DNA of 62,771 bases, counting the filler, from Platydemus manokwari (lineage: Eukaryota): the NCBI GenBank assembly GCA_037951405.1. It is 6 parts of 6 records of this genome, joined end to end, with 100 filler letters (N's around TTAATTAATTAA, not from the genome) between each part and the next. Parts side by side here need not be neighbours in the genome. Positions count along the whole stretch, not along the records: positions 1 to 11,449 come from JBBMOY010668875.1; positions 11,550 to 20,763 come from JBBMOY011282206.1; 4 more parts are not named here. The stretch is one strand, 5' to 3'. The translations under genes and the position numbers were made by a program. Of this stretch, positions 1 to 13,595 are shown in pieces (positions within the stretch are counted from its first letter, which is position 1; each line of letters opens with the position of its first letter). The notes under the pieces are model-generated. The model did no database searches, was not told where the DNA came from, and saw nothing but the letters and a program-made list of their open reading frames with translations.

Positions 1-889
1 TTGGAAAATTTATTAAATATAAAAAATATATTTGTTTATATGATGAAGCTTTATTTGTTTCTTCATGTAATTATTTTAATTTTAAAGTTAGTAATAATTT
101 TTAGCTTATAATGTAACGATTTTTCGTGAGTTATTCAATATTAAAATTTATTTGTAATAATATTTTAATGAAATTTTTACATAAAATTCAATTTTAGATT
201 AAAAAGGAAAAAACATTTCGTATGTATCATGGTTTCACAAACCTACAATTAAATAAAAGTATCATTCTAAATACGAAATTTATAGTTAACTTATATTTAT
301 TGCTTTTAGAGTCGCTGCACTTCGATTGTGAAATAGAAATAAGAAGCAATTCTTTTTTACTACATCTCTCCTGTCTTTCAATAAATCAAATACCATGTCT
401 TCGACGTCCGCTATAATATTTGGTCCCACCAAAATATATCTCATAAATTTATACGATGCTTTTATTCACAGGTATGGAATTTAAATAATTAATTTTAAAT
501 TAGTTTTATTTTAATCAAAAATGTCACCATTTACTAATTGTTGGTTAGCTTAGAGTTAATTTTTGCTAATACACTTTTTGTGTGAACCTTGTGCACCACA
601 AATACCTTATTCAGAATGCCATAAAAGGACAAGGCCGAATTGTTGTACCAAACCCTATTCGGACTCCAAAACTTATATATTTGTGGTATCCCCCTCCTTA
701 CGATTTATTTGATTTGGATGAAATTTTAATTTCTTTACAGCATCAACAGGTTTTGGATCAAAGTTTGCAATATATTAAATAGGTATTAGTATACTTGTGA
801 TAAAACACAAGCTCTTGGTCCCTGGCACTCCTCAATGATTAACAAGCCACTTTTTATTAAAAAACAACTCTAAAAGTCTTATTTATCAT

Positions 890-1154
890 TCCATTTGCTT
901 CTAATGTTAAAAAGGGTTCCTCGCTAATTGCATTTTGACTTACTTTGCCCCTTTTTTCAAATAATAAATTTTTAGTAGATTTTAAAAATCCTGCGTATAT
1001 AATATTTGATTATAAACAACCAATGTTTTTCTCAAGTACTTGAATAAAATATTCAAAATGTTTTTTAAAGAATTTAATTAAATAAGCTATATAGATTTTT
1101 GCAATACACTCAACAAATTAAAAATTTTATTTTATGGATTTTTTTAACTTTACC
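890..1154 (+). mobile_element. partial third copy of the Merlin-like MITE
   Basis: Shares TTTGCTTCTAATGTTAAAAAG..TCCTCGCTAATT, AAAGAATTTAATTAAATAA and TTTTGCAATACACTCA with 49640-49915. Confidence 0.7.
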
Positions 1155-4019
1155 ACTTAAATTTTGAATATGTTCTTCTAGAATTGTTTAATAATTGCTT
1201 GTAATAATTAGAGTATCATCAATACTCATAATTTATTGATTAGACTTTGGATTATTCAGATTTGAGGGTGTTTTTTAATGTTACTTTTATAATTTGAACT
1301 TTGATATGAAAAATAAATTATGTCTAAATTCGTTTGTACTTTTCCGATAACCAGCTTATTTATGCTAGGTTTATGTTAATATTTCATACTTATTTGTGAT
1401 TCTGCCTATGATTAATACCCTTCACATCTATCTTAGATAATTTTCCACTAATAACTGATGAGTTATGCGGTTAAGATTTATCATCATAACGTCTGAATTT
1501 TGTTTGACAAATTCATATGATTTTCTGTTTCTTAATATTTTATTATTCATATCGATCTCTACTAAAAAGCGAAAATCAATAATTGGATTAAATAATAATT
1601 ATTGTTAGAAATTAGATACAGAGGTACAGCTTTCACTTATTCACCCGCATATTTATCTATTTTCTAAATTAGTTATATCCACTTATCATTCAATCCTTCT
1701 ATTTATTTGCGGAAAATCCATGAGATGTGGGTTATATGTAGGAGAAAAAATAATGTGATTTTTAACACTGGATTTGAATATCTTAATATTTTTAAAATCG
1801 AATCATTAAACTATTAAACAAAATATTTGGTTTTTAGGTCGGCGGTTAATTTTATATTTTACTGGTTCTAAGGGCTTCAACAACTGGTATGATGATCGAG
1901 CTGCTGGAAAATAATTCGATTTTAAATTAATAATTGAGCGCAGAGGAACTGCGTTGCTCTGGTCTGAAAAATAATGAGGCGGTTATGAAACCTGCTTTAA
2001 TTAACAATTGATAGAATAACAAATTACAGATTTAAATAACGACGTTAGAATTTATAATATCAATCTTAATTATGATGCGACTATGTACCCTCTCACGATT
2101 TTGTGATGACGAAATAATAATTTCGTAATAACTATTGAATCAAAAGTCAAATGTAACTTTCACAATGTTTATTAATTAAGAAATAACCGAAAATTAAACA
2201 ATTAATATTAAAACGAACACCAAAAATATTATCCGTACCTCGCCTCAGCGATTAACAGGTTAATCCGTGTAACAGACGAAGATACTTAATTACAAAAGCG
2301 GAAGAAAATAATTGTCGACAGGTGATAACCGATTATCAATTTTACAATTAATCTAATATAACATAAATAGTTATCAATGTTACAATTAATTATTAGCTAT
2401 TAAAAGTAAGCGTTTAACGAAATGAGTGAAACTTTAATTCAAAGAAAAACTCTTACTTCGTTTTAAATTCCTAAGACGATCAATGGATCCGAGTAATTTC
2501 CGATAACGTCCAATGTATGCTCAGAGATATGTCCGCAAACAAAACTCGTATGATATCCGCAAATATTGAATTTCTTTTTCTATCTTAGTCCGTCAAAGTT
2601 TTCTTATTGAAAGTTTAATTTTCTAAAGTTTGATTCGTGTTTTCACTGTGGTTAATTTGTAGCAGTTCACCTATGACCAGCACTGTTATTTATAGTCGGC
2701 TGATCTTGCTTATTTTTCTCACACAAATGGACTGATGAATTTTTCGCATAATTCTATTTGATTTACTTTAATAGACTATTTTCTCATGATTTATTTGGCC
2801 CATTCCTTAACTTATTTAATTAGTTATTTTATTTTCTCACGATTTTTTTATTTAATCGTTTACTTTCCCATGCTTATTTTTAGTTAATCTACTTTAACTT
2901 TATTTTGCACTTTTATATTTTTATAATTCTTTATTTACTTATTTTATTCTCTTTTAATTTCGTATTTTACACTATTTAATTTTATTATTAATATTATTGT
3001 TAATTCGTTCTATCGACATATATCCCCCGCATTTGCTCATCTCGTCCGTACGCACAAATTTCTTATACAATTATTTATCATAAAAACGATTACACGCTTT
3101 TGTCAATTATCATTACATTACGTTCATTGTTTGATCAATTAAAAGTTCAAAATTGAATAGTTGTTTTGTGTCACAATTGGATTAAAGCTGCATCATCTTC
3201 TGCTGGCTATTTGTCATCCTCGGGCACGCTTTTTTTCGGTCAGTCTAATCTAGTTTTTCTATTGTTTATTTGGTAGGGTTATATATACTATGGTATACGT
3301 ATAGGTTGGGTTATATGGTGCTAAAATGCATATGTACAATATTTATAAAAAAATATTCAGGTTGTCATATGTGTTATGTCATATGTCATGGGTTGTCACA
3401 TGTCGTGGGGGGTCGTGAAGGTGCACCCAACAAAACCATATACATTTATATCTATTCCAATTCCTTTTTGGAATTTTAAATTATAATGCTAAATACAATC
3501 AAGTCAACGTTGTTCAATTTTTAAAATCGGATATTTATTTAATTTCATAACCCATCGTATTCTTTAAATTTCTCGAATATTTAAGTTATCTATAAAAAAC
3601 TTTCCAAGATCTTTAAAAATTGGTTAAATTATTTACGATATACGAGATTAATTATCTAACTACAAAAAATAATTTCCATTCATAATTTTGACCCCATATT
3701 CTCGCCTAGTATTTTTTATTTCTGATGAAAAGTAATGAAAAATAATTTTCTCAAATTATCTTAAAATCGGGTCAATTTTGTGATGGATTCACTGCAATTA
3801 CTAATGCGTTGAATCATGTGTCATTCTTGTTAAGTATATTGATAATCGCTTTATTATGTTGGAAAGACTTTCAGTTTTATCGATTACTTCGTCATTGTAA
3901 TGGATGTTGGTCAAGCTTGTGCCTATTTGTGAGTGGTTTGCTATTAAGATCATTTTCGAGGACTCCACGTTGAAAGAGGGTTTCTCCTGAACGATAATTA
4001 GTTTTTAGATATCGGTATC

Positions 4020-4450
4020 TTCAAGGCTCATAGTGTAGCATCTGGTTTATGTTTTGATTTCAGCCGCTATTGTCCGATATTTTTCAAAGTTCAGGAACCG
4101 ATGTTTCTCAAAGTTGTTCAAGATATCAAACTGTATCTTCAGGTCTATGATACAGGCATGTCTCTTGGTTTTGTTCCTGATAATCAGATCCGGTCACAGT
4201 CTTGTGTTTAGTTCCGGTGGGCTTGTATCAATATCGGTGTCCAGTCCGCGTGATTGTAAATAGTTGCCTAGGTGGTCAATGATTCGATATAATTTGAGTT
4301 GAGAAAATAAAGTGAGGTTGTCTCCATATTTTCTATATTTGCTGACCTTGATGAGAAGGTTTCACCAGTTTTTGATAGATCCAGGGGACATTACTTGCTC
4401 GATTGCTTATTTGATTGTCTTGTTGGTTGCTTTCGATATTATTCTGTAAC
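4020..4450 (-). mobile_element. R2-group (NeSL/R2/R4-type) non-LTR retrotransposon fragment, restriction-like endonuclease domain
   Basis: Minus frame reads RIIDHLGNYLQSRG..RL*PDLIIRNKTKRHACIIDLKIQFD..EKHRFLNFEKY, the (R)PD..D.K..KY RLE signature. A TGA replaces the Arg codon and there are further stops. Confidence 0.8.
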
Positions 4451-4560
4451 TTTGGAGTTTTAGTTTATGAATTATCTTGAGTAAGGTCAGCAAGAATAGC
4501 TCATTTCTTGTAATGTGATATTTGGGTCGATTTGTTTTTCAAATTTTGACTTTTTTGGTT

Positions 4561-4605
4561 TTGTGAATTTGGTCTTGTGAATTTTGGTCTTGTGAATTTT
4601 GGTTT
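4561..4605 (+). repeat. short tandem repeat, ~15-bp unit TTGTGAATTTTGGTC x3
   Basis: Directly visible next to the RLE retroelement fragment. Confidence 0.8.
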
Positions 4606-5206
4606 TTATGTACATTGTTGTTTGTGATTGAAAATTTTTGTTCGACCCACTTGTTTTTGATCAGTATTTATGATAATTTTTTGTGGACTTTCTTTGTTTT
4701 GAATCAGCCTTGTTAATACAGTTGTAGAAAATTTGGAATAATGAGAAAACAATTCTTGGAAGTTTTGATGATCAATAAACCCTCTAATGACTTTTGGGAA
4801 AGTATCTTTCTGAAAATTGAGCGTAGCATTATAAATAGAGTAGAATTTGCATTTATAGATTTTATAATGAACGATCTTGTGCACAAAATATGTCTTAGTT
4901 CAAGAAGTTCAGATTATTTAAATGCTTTTCTAGTAATTTACTGGTTAAAAACAATTATTTTCTAATTTGAATTGGCTCTGATAAATTCACAGTTTCTTAG
5001 CTTCAAATTATCTTAGTATTTCAAAGTTATATCTGGTTATTACAGCAAAGGCACTGTTAAATTATTATATATACTGGGTTGCTGAGCTTTTTAATGCCGG
5101 TTCAATTTCCGGTAATTTTCGATTATTGTTATGATTATTTTATAATTAATCACCTCGATGGTCTGGTTATAGATAAAATTGTAGCCGAATTGTCAGTATG
5201 GGTGTT

Positions 5207-5400
5207 AGCCGCTACTATTTTAAAAATCACACATTAAAAACGAACTGAAAAGTCAAGACACCACAAATCTATTTTAATACAAATATTTAAACAAATTAAT
5301 CTAATTTTATATAAATATGATTTTATATTAAATCCGAATTAAATTAGAATTAAAGTTTTAATTCATATTAAATTTAATTAATACAAAATTCAATTCATTT
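5207..5400 (+). repeat. unclassified dispersed repeat starting AGCCGCTACTATTTT
   Basis: AGCCGCTACTATTTT.AAAAATCAC..ATT.AAAACGA.CT.AAAAG recurs at ~27334 and partially at ~49250. Confidence 0.65.
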
Positions 5401-8400
5401 GAAATACCTCACAATGGGGATGTTATAGTTATCTATTATCTGTCTGTCATTTTAAGATAATAGATTAATTTATTATTTATATCCTAATTTATTCCTAAAT
5501 TTAACTAAATTTATATCTAAATTTTGATTAACAAAAACTCTTATAATTTCTTAGCTACAAACTTCTTGAGAAAATGAGAAAATTTTCGTTAATATAAGGA
5601 AGAGTTGTATTGATAAATTTAATAAGGTTTTCCCTTCCTGCATTAATATTACATATTTCTAAACTATTATTTGATTCCAAAAGAATCGAAGGTTATAATG
5701 CGTATTTTCATTAACACGTACTAATCAGTACGATACAAACACCTCAAAAACTCGACAAAACATCTCATTAAACGCAATCTAAAACTTACCTTTCGACTCG
5801 CAGTAGGTATTTATTCTTGAGATTTGTGTTTAATATTTGTATCATGTTTGTATCTCATTTTGATTTGATCTTTTATTTCTCAAGGTCCTATTTGATTTAT
5901 TGATTTTACATATTCTGGATTGGTCTAATCAGTCTAGAAACCTCTGATAATCTCTGAGACGCAATAACCCTCAAATTATGTTCTTTCTTCACCTCGACTG
6001 TGCACTCTCTTGTTTGAAGACAAGGAAGACAGTGTAATTGTGTATTAATTATTATTTGATACATATATATTGACTTAAGGATGTCATCATCACCAAAAGG
6101 TAATGAATGTAAATAAATTGATTATGATCCTTAAGCATATAACTGCTGGTAATCAAAACTATGTTTGTTTTAGTTTATTTTATGAGAAATTAACACCAAT
6201 AAATAATTGGTAACAATATAGATTTTATGACAATTATACTTGTACACACCGAGACGATAATGAAAGATTCTTGGACAATTATGATTCATTGTATTCTCTT
6301 AAAATCTGTTTGCTAGGATGATCTTTGCTCTATAAATATGAAATAAAAAGGATAGTATAACCGTAGAATGTTTTAAATTGAAATTATTCTCGCTTTAGTT
6401 ATGGCTTGGAATTGGACAACCTTTCAATAAAAACTGGGCATAAAACTTGTTTTTTTAAAATTATTTTGAACTCTGTAGATCTCAAAATATCTTTCAATAA
6501 TAAATTATGGGCTTCGTAGTTTCAAAGTAGGGTTATTTATGCTATTTAGAATCCACTTTAGAAATTGTTAATTAGCTTTTCGGGATTATTATTTGAAAAT
6601 ATGAAAATCTTTTGGGTTTTTTTGCGTCGGATTATTTTATATGTATGGGTTATTATAAATAATAATAATTATTATTTTTCCTACTAGCATTTTATGCCCT
6701 ATGTATTTCCTCTTTTAGATAATTGATTAATGGGTTTATTTATTCGCATGATATTTCTCTATGTTACTTCTTTAATTATTCCATCAATTATATTTATTTA
6801 AAATTATTGCTGATAATTAACAAGCTCATAGACTCCATTATTCACGACTATTTTAAATTGCTATGATAGTTGTAATTATTAAAATGTTTAAGATTTTTGA
6901 TAATATTTTATAGATTAAGTTCAAGTTCGAATTACAAGTGAAAAATTTGTAAAAATATTGTAAAAAACTAACGTTAATATCAGAAGGATTTTGGTTTGAA
7001 TTAATTCCATATAATAATATTTTACCATAATCTTTAACTTATCTGGATTCCACAGATACGGTTGTTGCTGCAACTAACCTTTCGTTGTACTAATAAATAA
7101 TATTTAAAATATTTTTGGGGTTTTATAGTGTTGTATGATTTATGTCTTATTTATAATTAATTACATTTACTAAAAGAGATCAAAACTACGATATTTCTAT
7201 TAATTCTTTAAACCCGACAATCTTAAGAAAATAACTTTGATTTTGCACCCAACTCGACTAAGCTCTTATAGATTTATTTATAGCGACTCCAAAAGACGTC
7301 TCTAGTTAAAATTATAAACGAGATTATTAGAATAATTTAGTAACAATAAAATAGATAAGATTCTAATTTAGATAACAGACTGTAAAAATAATTGCAATAA
7401 TACAACTTGATGATTTATACAAATAACTAGCAAATTAGAAGAGTTATTATTATATTTTTTGTGAATTTTTTATTAGACTCTGTTAAGATAGAATTGATAG
7501 CTTAGATGAGTTCTTATAACTTTGCCGGTAATAATCCTCACAATGATTTTATCGGTGGTTAGGCCTAATGGCGCCATAACCACTAAACTTGCTTTGTGTC
7601 TGAGTTTTGGATTTTAATTTATTTTAGCTTCTAGTGGATTTGTCTTCAATCTATAATACGTATGTAGGTAGATATAATTTATTCCGTTATAATTAAAATA
7701 ATTTATTATTATGAATAAGTGATTAAATTATTTATTATGACCAATATAGGCCTTTAAAAAGTTATTCTTTAATCAAAAGCTTTACGATACGTGATCTATA
7801 AACTATAATTAAAATGTGCTTACTAATTTTACGATACGATGAAGAATGATTGATTCGAGTTCCGAGTCGATAATATTCCAAATCCTAAATATATTCAATA
7901 TATTTTGCGTATATTAATTTCGATTGCGTTAAGCAGAAGACCGAAATATATTATATGTATTTGGTTTAGATCCGGTCTTGTATCCTTGTAATGAATAGTA
8001 GCCTGAATTATAATATGGTTGGTTCAGGCAACAAAGTTCTCTATTCCTTTTGAATATTTCTATAGTAATCCAATATTTTCAATTCTTTTTTTTCTGTTTA
8101 TTGGTGATTTTATATGAGCTGATTTATCGACTCAAAAGATTGAATAATCTGAGTGTCAATTTTCCGAAATGTTTGTAGTAAATATTGATTTACTGTCTGC
8201 GTTATTAATTCGCTTCTGATTTAATAGTCTTGTTATCAAATATCGACTTGCTGATAATTAGATTCAAATAATTGATTGTCTTATCTGGTGAACTTAATAA
8301 ATAAGTTACCACCTTTATATCAATAATTTCTGATAAATTTTAAAATTTTTAATATTTTGATTATTTTAAGGTTTTATTATTGTTATTTTCATCTTTTTTA

Positions 8401-8899
8401 TTATCATGTAATTATTTTTAGTATTTTTATAAATTTGTTCCTATTCTAGGATTTATTTCAATCTATTTCAGATAGCTATTTTATGTTTAGTTTTATAAGT
8501 CATATTTGTGAAGAAATTACTGAAAAACTTTTATTTATTATTATATTAATTATTATTATTCCTTTTTTCAGGGTTATACCCAACAATATAAATGATAAAA
8601 TATCAAATGTAAAACAATTCAATAACAATAAAATTGATTTGATTATTTAGAAGAAAAAATTATAACACAAACGATTAATAACGTAAATGGAATATCATAA
8701 ATAAAGTGGGGCACTAAAGAGCAGTGATTTATTGGATTTCAAAGGACCACAAGGCTAAAACTAGGAGTTGATCTTAAATTAATGAAAATAGCAAATAAAA
8801 ATTGACCTATTGTAATGTCGGGATAAAAATTCGAATAAGCTGGGACTGAGGATCGCAAATAAATCTTCGCAATTAAATAAAATTTAAACAATTGTACAG

Positions 8900-10900
8900 A
8901 ATTAACTTTCGCAATAAAATAATTTTGAAAAACTTTGCCCGTCAGAATTGTGCGTCAACTGACTATTTGCAAGGGCTTTTGTAATGTTTTATGTGTGTTG
9001 TATAAGTGATTCAACAGATTGCCTACATTTGTTCTCCAATAATTTCATAATAGAAAAACGCCTGCTCTTGTGTAATCGTAAGACATAATTGAGAAAACTT
9101 AACTATAATTTTGAGAATAACTGTATTATATTTTTATTTCTTATTTTCGTTAATTATGTTTTGTCTTGTGTTATTGAGTTCCCTATTTTGCCTTGAAGTG
9201 CTTTATCTCTTGCATTTCTTACATAATTTTACTTTCCAAGAATTGTCTACCCAAGATTTTAGCAATTATAATAACTATTTATATGCGGATATGTAATACC
9301 TTTGTACACTTAATTACTACAAATTTGATTTTTAGACTTTTAAAATGTTTCAAATCTCAATAGTACTGAAAGTGTTGAAATAGACGTGTCCTCGTGTCTC
9401 ACTTTGTTAAATTGCTGAGAATTCACATAACTGTTTTTGATAATCGGTCTATTCTTGCTTTTGCAGTTGAATCTCTGATTTTGTCTAAGCTTTTTGGTTC
9501 ATTTCACCCACTGACTTTTACTGATATCTACTTTCCAACATTAGTGGTTTTTGATATAATATTCTGGTGCCAAGTTTAGAGTTTTTAATGATTTGTTTTA
9601 TATGTGATTCTCGAATTCTTCCTACAGATACTGCTCGGGGCATTACTAGAAGTTTTCCCATTAATTTTAATCTGCCTTCCGTTACTTAGTGGCTTTCTTT
9701 AATCTACTCACTCAAATACATTTTCAGCTTTTTTAAATAATTGATCTTTACTCAATTTTTCTGCTATTTTGCCATATTGATTATCTCGTTTTATAATTTT
9801 CTAATTTCTTATAGATTTCAACGATTGCCAAGATTTCATCAGAGTTGTCATTTATTATTTTCATTCTCTTATTCATCATCGCTCTGTTATTTTGTTTTGT
9901 CCTAACCTGCTGTTTAAATTTTATTTTCTCATTCGGTTTATTTAAAATTTTCTACTGGGATACAGCCTTCACATTTCTATGATATTTATTGGTTTTCTTG
10001 CAATGATATGATGGATTTAAAATTTTTTTTTGCTGATGAAAATGCTTAGTTCTCAATTTCTTTGTCTTTATATTTTATCTTCATTACCGTCTGTGTAGTC
10101 TGGATAAGGAATTGTGTGGTTGGTATAACGGGATTTAAAAATTTCTTTACGATGAATTTGGACTTGTCTCTGGAATTATATTTTAAAGTTATCCTTTCTT
10201 TTTGACCCAATATTCAGGTTATTTGGAACATCTATTAACTGGACTAATGTTCTTTCTTCCTTTTCAACATTTTTCGGCGTAAAGCCGTCCGGAATAAAAT
10301 TATTATCAAATTTAACTGGTTTCAAATTAGTAGCACTTTGTTTACCAGACTCAACGTTCTAATTTTTTTTCATTTGTTGAAAGGATTAATTATTCATTTT
10401 TTATCCAAACTTTTTCTATACGCGTTTACCAGTTACTGACCAGATTTTCTCCTTGCTCAGGTATTTATACGTTTAATTTTATCGAATTTGATCTTCATTC
10501 GAGGATATCAGTTGTTAATTATTTGTTCATACGTAAAATTTTATTATTCTCAAAATTCTATTAGCCTCTAAATCAATTTTCGTTCTTTGATCACGTATCT
10601 ATACTTTGAAGCTTTCAATTCATAATTAAATGAAAAATAAATCATATTTTGATCTATTATAAAAATATAATGGGTCATCTTTCCGTTTCCTTGCTAATGA
10701 ATTGCTTTATTGACATAAAGCTTTTCTATAATTCTTTTAACTTTTTCTGTCTGTTCTGCAAGTATTTTTTACAATAAATGTAAATATTTGAATTATTAAA
10801 AATAATTTCATCCTCATCAGCACTATCTATTCCAAATTTTGAATGCAGTTTTCTATAAAATATTTTTTATTTATAATCCATTTAATAAATTCTTTCACAC
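8900..10900 (-). pseudogene. possible highly decayed LTR-retrotransposon gag-protease region
   Basis: A-rich minus strand with broken K/E-rich frames and a frameshifted DTGAxVS-like remnant (D.TRAGV) near 9055-9085. No intact motif. Confidence 0.3.
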
Positions 10901-11039
10901 CTTGAAATAATTTACTTTAATTCTTAATCAAATTTTCGTACCTTGAAATTAATTTGAAATAAATACATGATGGAATTTGTTTATTTAAAACTTTTGTTAA
11001 TCTACCCTTAATATAATTTTTTTTCAATATCAACACAAT

Positions 11040-11449
11040 GTTAAAATAAAATAATAATATTAAATAATTAAACAAATATAATTTTGTTTATTCAAACTGA
11101 ATTTATACTTGATAAATAGTTTACCAAATTAGATATAACTGGTAATTATTCACTTGACATTTTTTGAATCGGTTGGAATTGTTGTACAGTGATGCAAACA
11201 AAATAATGTAAAAAGATATGATAGTCAGATGAAGACTGCCATAAGAGAAAGTCGGATAAGAAGAAATTTACGATTGTAGTAATTTATAATTATATTTCCA
11301 TTCTAAGTAAATTCGTAAAAGTATTTACGAATATTGGTATTGTTTTATAATATTGTATTAAAGGTTGTTCAAAATAGTTATTGCGAACGTTGGTAAAAAT
11401 GAATATTATAGTAAAAGTATCTACTATCGCCATAATAAGATTAGGAGTA
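11040..11449 (+). repeat. dispersed repeat shared with ~46150-46600
   Basis: Collinear blocks TTTACCAAA.TAG, TAGTCAG.TGAAGACTGC.AT and ATTCGTAAAAGT.TTT.CGA occur at both loci. Confidence 0.55.
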
Positions 11450-11549
11450 NNNNNNNNNNNNNNNNNNNNNNNNNNNNNNNNNNNNNNNNNNNNTTAATTA
11501 ATTAANNNNNNNNNNNNNNNNNNNNNNNNNNNNNNNNNNNNNNNNNNNN
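11450..11549. other. assembly linker N44-TTAATTAATTAA-N44
   Basis: Identical 100-bp spacer with a six-frame stop palindrome. Confidence 0.99.
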
Positions 11550-11684
11550 GCCCCCAGATTTTTATGCCACTGGAATTACTAAACTTTTGTCTCGTTGGCA
11601 GAAATGTATCGAATCCAATGGGCTTTTTTTAGTCTTTTAAAGTTGCTGTTAGATAACGGCCATTATTTTTGCACCAACCTAATA
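11550..11684 (+). mobile_element. 3' end of a mariner element with right TIR and TA target site
   Basis: Reads PDFYATGITKLLSRWQKCIESNG (mariner C-terminus), then ACGGCCATTATTTTTGCACCAACCTAA-TA. Truncated by the assembly gap. Confidence 0.9.
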
Positions 11685-12758
11685 TAATAATAAAATTAAT
11701 ATGAATTGATAAAATACATTAATGAAATAATTAAAACAAAAATAATGATTGCCTAAAGTGTTATTGTTAAATAATGGTGAATGTGAACAATGATTATATT
11801 ATATTTTTCCATTTAGTAAATTGTGGAGTATTTATGACCATTGTGCGATTTTAACAGAAAGAAGAAAGAATAATAAAATACAATAAACGATAGGACCAAA
11901 TATTCATTTAGGATATTATATAAGTCAACTGTGTAATCATAATTTTCGTCCTTGTTTCCGCTTTTGGTAATGCAAACCAAGTTTCAAGCATTTGGAAATA
12001 ATAAAATAAATTGTATTTAAAGGAAAATAACAATAGAAGGTAGACAACAAAATGGTAAAACGAGAAAATTGCTATAAAATTGATGAAACAATTTAAAATA
12101 AATAGACAGTGATTGGTAACATTAGTTAAAAATAATTTGTAATGATAGTACAATTTATTGCATTCTCTTACCAAAAAATCTTGTACTTACGAGAGAACAC
12201 GACTGACCTTAAAATGATATATATTTTTGATCGTCCAAGGATTTTTTCAGACTGAATAAATTATTAATTTGTTATCATAGCTAACATAACATTTAACATC
12301 AATATTCAATTAATTGGAATAAAATTTCATAATTAACTCGTAACATTAGAAAATCCATTTTGATTTCTAATCTTTCTCGCGTGGATCTTAATCAGCTATC
12401 TACCTGAATATTGCACAGCGCATTTTAACAACTTTTGTGTTGTTTCGTATCTTGTTGAATTACAATGTTACTTTAAACAACTTTATTAGCACATGGTAAT
12501 TATTATTCATCTCTACGTGAATCAAACAATAATATTAATATCAGTTGACTAATGTGTACATTCAGTACCGAAATAATTTTCAACAGCCTGACAAACAATC
12601 TTTGTTACAATAATTAATCCACGTAGCTTAAAATCTTTAGATAATTCAGTTACATATTCTTGTAGAATTGTCGTCATGCATGTTACTGTAAGTTAAAATC
12701 AAACATCTAACCACACTTTGTAATAAATGTATTTGTGAATTCTCTTTCAAGAACAAAC

Positions 12759-13595
12759 CTAAAATTGTAGATCCATAACTAGTGAATCATCGATATATCC
12801 AATTTTATAATCATAGTAAATGGTTAATTCCAAAGGAAAAAGTTTAGAACCTCCTATAAATCCAAGATCTTTGAAACTTGCGTTGAGATCAATTTTGAAT
12901 TCTGGTGCTGCATTTGAAGTGCTATAAAGTGTGAAATTTGTTGTTGCAAAGTCTAACATTTTTTGAATTCTTAAAGCTACTATATCCAAGTTGATATTAT
13001 CAGGGACATCAATTTCAAAATTTCCAGGGTGTTCAGGAAATCGTTCAAATTTAATCATTTTAATGTATAAGTGCAGCCATCCTTCTTCAGAAAGACCGCA
13101 TGTTAAAGTTACATTTTCAGGTTTTGCATCCGTAAAATCTAAAATTTTCTTCACTTTTTCAGATTTACTAGATGTTTTTGATGACGATTGTGAAATACTT
13201 TTTCTTTGATCGCGATATAAAGACTTTTTCATCAAGACGATCTCTAAATTCAGATAAGAAATAGTTCCCGTATTGCGTGGATCAAGAAGTCGTGCTAAAA
13301 TATGTCTTTCAAGTTCATTGCAAGGTGCGTTAAGATCAATTAATGCAGCAATATAATTTTCATAAGTGACATTTTCTCGAATAGCATGAAATATTTGATT
13401 GTAAACAAGTTTAGTCTTTGGATTGGAATACCAAAATTCAACTCTTTGAATAAATTTTGCATATAATTCTGTTTCCAAGATGTAGTCCACCATTTCTTTG
13501 TCAAGATTCACTATATCTTTCTTTATAAGTTTTTTAATTGCATTAATACCTCCTTTTCCTTTCTTATCTTTTGAAACTTTATTGCTAGCTGACAT
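12759..13595 (-). CDS. uncharacterised 278-aa protein; degenerate EF-hand (LLDPRNTGTISY) and possible ubiquitin-like C-terminal fold
   Basis: 837-nt uninterrupted ORF in highly AT-rich DNA with protein-like composition. Lys-rich N-terminus and a helix-loop-helix with a DxxxxGxI loop. A TTATTTTAG acceptor (AG at 13613-13612) lies 16 nt upstream of the ATG. Confidence 0.85.
   Translation of the reverse strand: MSASNKVSKDKKGKGGINAIKKLIKKDIVNLDKEMVDYILETELYAKFIQRVEFWYSNPKTKLVYNQIFHAIRENVTYENYIAALIDLNAPCNELERHILARLLDPRNTGTISYLNLEIVLMKKSLYRDQRKSISQSSSKTSSKSEKVKKILDFTDAKPENVTLTCGLSEEGWLHLYIKMIKFERFPEHPGNFEIDVPDNINLDIVALRIQKMLDFATTNFTLYSTSNAAPEFKIDLNASFKDLGFIGGSKLFPLELTIYYDYKIGYIDDSLVMDLQF

Noticed and set aside
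540-782. Slightly GC-richer stretch with short open frames (minus IVRRGIPQIYKFWSPNRVWY)
   Set aside because: No recognisable family; probably a decayed mobile-element fragment that cannot be assigned by eye.
11494-11505. Regularly spaced palindrome TTAATTAATTAA as a biological repeat or CRISPR-like array
   Set aside because: Always centred in exactly 44+44 Ns, so it is an assembly linker.
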